Assembly: GCA_019057635.1 (NCBI GenBank)
Contig: DXJL01000102.1
Location: forward strand, 1-22,959
Origin: Candidatus Heimdallarchaeota archaeon
GTDB taxonomy: Archaea > Asgardarchaeota > Heimdallarchaeia > Hodarchaeales > Hodarchaeaceae
Direction of reading: 5' to 3'
DNA length: 22,959 bases
Positions 19,212-22,959 of this stretch are shown here, piece after piece (within the stretch, counting starts at the first letter, position 1; each line of letters opens with the position of its first letter). Below the pieces are notes generated by a model that worked only from the letters and a program-made list of their open reading frames with translations, made no database searches and had not been told where the DNA came from. Position numbers and translations under genes: made by a program.

Positions 19212-19613
19212 TTGGTGTCTAAGATGGGAATTAATTGGGATATGGAACGTGATTGGAAAGTATTAGCTCCTGTTTTTGCTATTCTTATAGCAGTGGTTAT
19301 TGCATTTCTACCAAATGTTGAAGACTTCATGGCTGTTGTTTTTCTCATTTGTACTGGATTAGTGGGAATTTATGGTGGAATAAAAGGAAAGGGTGTAAAA
19401 AAGAAAGATGTAAAATCAGATGATACATCCACACAGAACACTTTGAATATACCTGCTGGAATGGTTCGTTTACTTCTTGGAGTAATCTGTATAGTGATAG
19501 GCCTTATTGTAGCCTCTCTTGAACGTCCTGAAAGTGTCACAATGCTGTTCTTTGGGTTATCTGGTGAGTTATTAGGGATTAGTCTCCCAGCAGTTCAAAA
19601 CTATTACAAGTAA
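19212..19613 (+). CDS. Small hypothetical membrane protein (4 TM, two similar hairpins)
   Basis: Two pairs of hydrophobic helices separated by a Lys-rich loop. Confidence 0.7.
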   Translation: MVSKMGINWDMERDWKVLAPVFAILIAVVIAFLPNVEDFMAVVFLICTGLVGIYGGIKGKGVKKKDVKSDDTSTQNTLNIPAGMVRLLLGVICIVIGLIVASLERPESVTMLFFGLSGELLGISLPAVQNYYK

Positions 19614-19995
19614 CCTCGTTCACTAGTTTATAATCTACAAGTGAGAGTAGTTGAGTAACTGACATATTGCTTATTGAATAATTACAGGTAATGCTGCCGA
19701 TCTGGCAGAAATGACAGTCGATTCTCCATTTCCAATAAGTGAGCTAAAAAATGTAGGTCATATTGTACTAGTTCTCTTACCTATCCAATGATGAACGGAA
19801 AAGTACCAAAAAAGATCCTCACTAGTGATACTTCTAGCAACTTAAATATTCAAAAAAAGTCGAAAGGCAACGAAAAGAAGAAGAGGAGGAAATGAAAAAG
19901 AACACTGAAAGTAGTCCCTTGGGGAAAAAATCTTCCAGAAAAAGGAAAATTATCTGAAAGAAGTTAGGTCTCCCATCCAGAAAAAAGAGAAGTGA

Positions 19996-20289
19996 GAAGA
20001 AGGGGACGATCAAAGAAAAAAGAGAATACTAGTAGAAGGAATAGCGGGAATATTTTTCATAATCTATGGGATTCATGAAGCATTAAGCAACTGGATATTA
20101 ATTGGGGTTTCGGAACTCACATTTGAAGGAGTAAACCCAATAATATTTTTTTATGGTGTAGTCGTAATTATAGGTTCTGTGTTCCTCATTATAGCTGCAT
20201 ATGAGACAGAAAACCAGCAAATCTTCATAGCTTCTACAGGAGGATTCTTAGTAGTTTATCTACTCATTTTAATAGTGGCCTTTCTATAA
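19996..20289 (+). pseudogene. Startless open frame encoding a 3-TM membrane protein
   Basis: Open frame of 97 codons after TGA 19993-95 (EEGDDQRKKRILVEGIAGIFFIIYG...LLILIVAFL*) with no ATG/GTG/TTG near its 5' end. Confidence 0.45.
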
Positions 20290-20455
20290 GAAGAATACAA
20301 AGAATTATACTCCAAGCAGTGGATCGAATTATGCGCTGGACCCTGAGGGTAAACCCGAGGAAACGCACGAAAAATAATCACTGTAGCCTTTCTAGAAGGA
20401 GAAAAAAATAATTATTGTCAATGAAATATATGAAGAGGTTGGGATAGAACAATAG

Positions 20456-21136
20456 TTGGTGAAAAAAACAAAAATGAGTCCAAGAGTATCGACACGTCGA
20501 ATAAAACCTCTCTCAGGAACGAAAATACGGGCAAAAATCGTTCTGATTGGTGATGGAGGAGTGGGAAAAACAGCCTTTCGACGTACATGGTTAGGAGAAG
20601 GTTTTAAAACAGAGTATCTTATGACTATTGGTGCTGATTTTGCAATTCAAGAGGTTACGTACTATCATTCCCCTACAAAAGCCACTTATGAGATAAAATT
20701 TAAAGTGTGGGATTTAGCTGGCCAACCGAGATTTAAAGCGGTACGTGATCTATATTACCGTGGTGCTGTTGGAGCATTATGCTTTTTTGATGTGACTAAT
20801 CAGGAATCGTATAGGAATCTCGTTGAGTGGATTCAAACTTACTGGTCTCGAAACGGAATTGGTAAGAGTCCCTTACTTATTATCGGTTCCAAATGTGATC
20901 TACGAGATAATCCTGAGTTTCCAAATCAAGTCTCTACACATTATGGCAAAGAATATGCAGTAGAATTGTCCAAACTACTTAAAGATAAACTAGGTTTTTC
21001 TGTTCATTACCTAGAAACCTCAGCGAAAGACAGAATTAATGTTGATGAAGCATTCAAACTCTTAGCGAAGGAAATCGTCTCCTATTCCACTTTTCAAGAA
21101 AGCAAAGAAAGAAAAAATACACCAGAAAAATATTGA
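20456..21136 (+). CDS. Rab-like small GTPase (Ras superfamily)
   Basis: G1 GDGGVGKT, G2 TIGADF, G3 WDLAGQ, YYRGA, G4 variant SKCD and G5 ETSAK. No C-terminal Cys prenylation motif. The start is probably ATG 20474. Confidence 0.92.
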   Translation: MVKKTKMSPRVSTRRIKPLSGTKIRAKIVLIGDGGVGKTAFRRTWLGEGFKTEYLMTIGADFAIQEVTYYHSPTKATYEIKFKVWDLAGQPRFKAVRDLYYRGAVGALCFFDVTNQESYRNLVEWIQTYWSRNGIGKSPLLIIGSKCDLRDNPEFPNQVSTHYGKEYAVELSKLLKDKLGFSVHYLETSAKDRINVDEAFKLLAKEIVSYSTFQESKERKNTPEKY

Positions 21137-21474
21137 GAACTACTCCCTATATTTACGTATTTCCTTATCCTAAGCGTCCCCGGCAGCCAGTGCAGAGGCG
21201 CATCTCCTCCCGAAAGTGCTTCCTCCGGAAGAAGAACCCGAAGATACCCCGCTGAAGGAAAGTATTCCCTCCAAAAAACTTGAACGAGAAGAGTTGTAAG
21301 AGGAGAGGAAACATATGTCTCGAAAGGAGGAGGAGTTCTTACAACTGTAATCGCAGTAAATAAAGAGTGAAGATGGTGGTCATTTCTAAAAACAATAAAA
21401 TCAGAATATAAGAAATCTACATCAGAGAAAGTATCTCAAATATAAGAATAAACTGAGAAACAAAAGAAGAAAAA

Positions 21475-21909
21475 ACCACCAGACATAAGACCAGAAGCGT
21501 TTAAACAAACAACACACACTCATTTGGACTCCTGAAGGCTTTTGCTGCTAAGTAAACGAGAGGACTAACCATTTCCACATTGTTTAGTAACAATAGCCCG
21601 TGTACGATGAGTGGGAGCCAGCTGAACATGTTGGTCGAAACCTCCACGCGTACACTGCTCCTCTATCAACGGGATGTTCTATCCCAGCACTCGTTTACCA
21701 TCTCATGGTTATCGTCGCCAATCCCCATGGCTTTGCGCTGATGGCAAAATGGATTCGTCTTTTCGAGGTCCGTTTCGTGCTTAGATGCATTCAGCACTTA
21801 TCGGTTAGCGCGTGGCTGCCAGGCAGTACCCTTCTGGATAACCCGTACACTAGAGGCGCCCATACCCTGTTCCTCTCGTACTGAGGGCACGTTCCTCTCA
21901 CGAATCCAA
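21475..21909 (-). repeat. 23S-3'-end/trailer repeat, copy 11 (longest, best preserved)
   Basis: Contains every segment seen in the other copies: domain VI, the trailer and a T-rich end (minus strand ...TCTGGTGGTTTTTTCTTC). Confidence 0.95.
21592..21909 (-). rRNA. rrl: Partial 23S rRNA: domain VI (H94-H101) fragment, not a full gene
   Basis: SRL AGTACGAGAGGAAC at 21869-21882 (minus strand). H94 strands TGGATTCGT and ACGAATCCA pair perfectly. H97 motif GCTGAATGCATCTAAGC. Sequence beyond 21910 is AT-rich and not rRNA. Confidence 0.92.
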
Positions 21910-22220
21910 AAATACTTAGTACTCTTTTAATAACTAACCTAGTAATTTAAACAGGTAAATCAACTGAATTTCATTGAAGAGATTATTATATCGTCCAATC
22001 ATAATTCAAAGAAATATATTACTAAATTACATTTAAAAGAATGATTTAAATTAGATAATAACATTTCTAAATTATTGAAGACCTAGTTTAATATCATTTT
22101 TAGTATTTAAAATCAAAATACGGTTAGAATTGACTAATATGAATAATATAAACAAGCTAGGTAATGCACAGATAGCGAAAGATATTTATAAGTTTACATT
22201 TCTTGTAAACTTGGATAAGA

Positions 22221-22959
22221 ATGATAAGTCAATCTACATATAATACAAGTCAACTATTCAATAATGTAGCATTAGAGATACTATTTGATTTATTTCATTC
22301 AGAAAAAGCTTTAACAATATATGAGCTTAATAAGAGATACTCTTATCGACAATATCAGTATATGTTAAAAAAACTTGAATCTAATCTAATAATCAAATCA
22401 TATAAAGACAAAAAGAAGAAATATTACAAGTTAAATCATTTTTATAATAAACTGGTGAGATCCGTGTTAGAAATAAAAAGGTGGGAGGAATCAAATGACT
22501 ATAACAGTTATCCACGATCCCTGTCATATGATAAAAGGTTTCTTCGGATCATATCTGCTTTGAAAGGTATAGATGGATGGGTATTTACTGATACTACGGC
22601 ATTACTATTATGGGTACCTTTTCTTGATCTTCAATTACCATATTTTACTGTATGTGTTAGAAATCGATATTTAAAAAGCAAACTGGAAGAAAATTTTCCA
22701 CGTTCAGTTCTTAGAGTCCAGCTTCAGGCAAAGTTCTTTTCAAAGGAGTCAAATATCACAGCTGTAAAAGGCATACCATTATTAAAGCCAGAATTATTAG
22801 TTTTCAGACTTCTACGCAATGAAAATTCAAGAGTGAGCCTTTCTTCTCTATTTCTACTGCCCTTTTTGTCACCAAAAAAGGTACTAAGATACCTAGAAAA
22901 CAATAAAAAAGTATTTCCAACTATAATGTACTTTTTATTCGCATTAGAGAAATTTTTAA
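22221..22959 (+). CDS. Partial ORF (>245 aa) running off the right edge; winged-HTH-like N-terminus
   Basis: Manual translation from ATG 22221 (MISQSTYNTSQLFNNVALEILFDLFHSEKALTIYELNKRY...LKKLESNLIIKSYKDKKKKYYKLN...) shows no stop before the window end. It is absent from the ORF track. Confidence 0.7.
   Translation, partial: MISQSTYNTSQLFNNVALEILFDLFHSEKALTIYELNKRYSYRQYQYMLKKLESNLIIKSYKDKKKKYYKLNHFYNKLVRSVLEIKRWEESNDYNSYPRSLSYDKRFLRIISALKGIDGWVFTDTTALLLWVPFLDLQLPYFTVCVRNRYLKSKLEENFPRSVLRVQLQAKFFSKESNITAVKGIPLLKPELLVFRLLRNENSRVSLSSLFLLPFLSPKKVLRYLENNKKVFPTIMYFLFALEKFL

Noticed and set aside
2502-21136. A Rab prenylation pathway (Rab + prenyltransferase-fold + ICMT-like genes)
   Set aside because: The genes are in separate repeat-bounded blocks, the GTPase has no C-terminal Cys motif, and both enzyme folds are widespread with other substrates.
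21165-21350. GC-richer stretch after the GTPase as a possible ncRNA
   Set aside because: I found no convincing stems or known RNA motif. It reads more like a decayed Pro/Glu-rich coding remnant.
21600-21884. 94-aa ORF (and the 72-aa ORF at 9863-10081)
   Set aside because: Both lie within rRNA-derived repeats and are chance frames.
9950-21909. Functional rRNA operon, 5S rRNA or tRNA genes
   Set aside because: Only ~310-nt domain VI fragments are present. The trailer does not resemble 5S rRNA or a tRNA cloverleaf.
207-21909. CRISPR array or classical integron attC array
   Set aside because: Spacing is kilobases and irregular, copies vary in length, I see no attC-type inverted core-site structure, cargo lies on both strands, and there is no cas or intI gene in the window.
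207-21909. Repeats as pure assembly artefact of rRNA reads
   Set aside because: Copies are substantially diverged, with indels and subfamily variants, which collapsed or chimeric rRNA reads would not produce. Long-read confirmation is still desirable.

Overview
Archaeal DNA, probably from an Asgard archaeon. This is inferred from a Rab-like GTPase, an archaeal-type 23S rRNA domain VI with an enlarged helix-98/ES39 insert, and secreted proteins with C-terminal anchors. The window is a mosaic of functionally unrelated genes: an alkyl-DHAP-synthase-like oxidase, an ICMT-like methyltransferase, proC, a signal-peptide-bearing Hcp, a VapBC pair, a prenyltransferase-fold protein, Fic, a beta-helix surface protein, an S9 peptidase, a Rab-like GTPase and several decayed ORFs. 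The main feature is about 11 co-oriented, variably truncated copies of one repeat, spaced every ~1-4 kb between the genes. The repeat is the 3' end of a 23S rRNA gene plus its downstream trailer, all on the minus strand. Two copies (~9864-10262, ~21475-21909) keep all of domain VI, including an intact sarcin-ricin loop. The layout resembles a cassette array or gene-capture hotspot delimited by rRNA 3'-end duplications. No recombinase or full-length rRNA gene is visible in the window. A VapC resembling the SRL-cleaving VapC20 type ends ~25 nt upstream of one SRL-bearing copy on the same strand.
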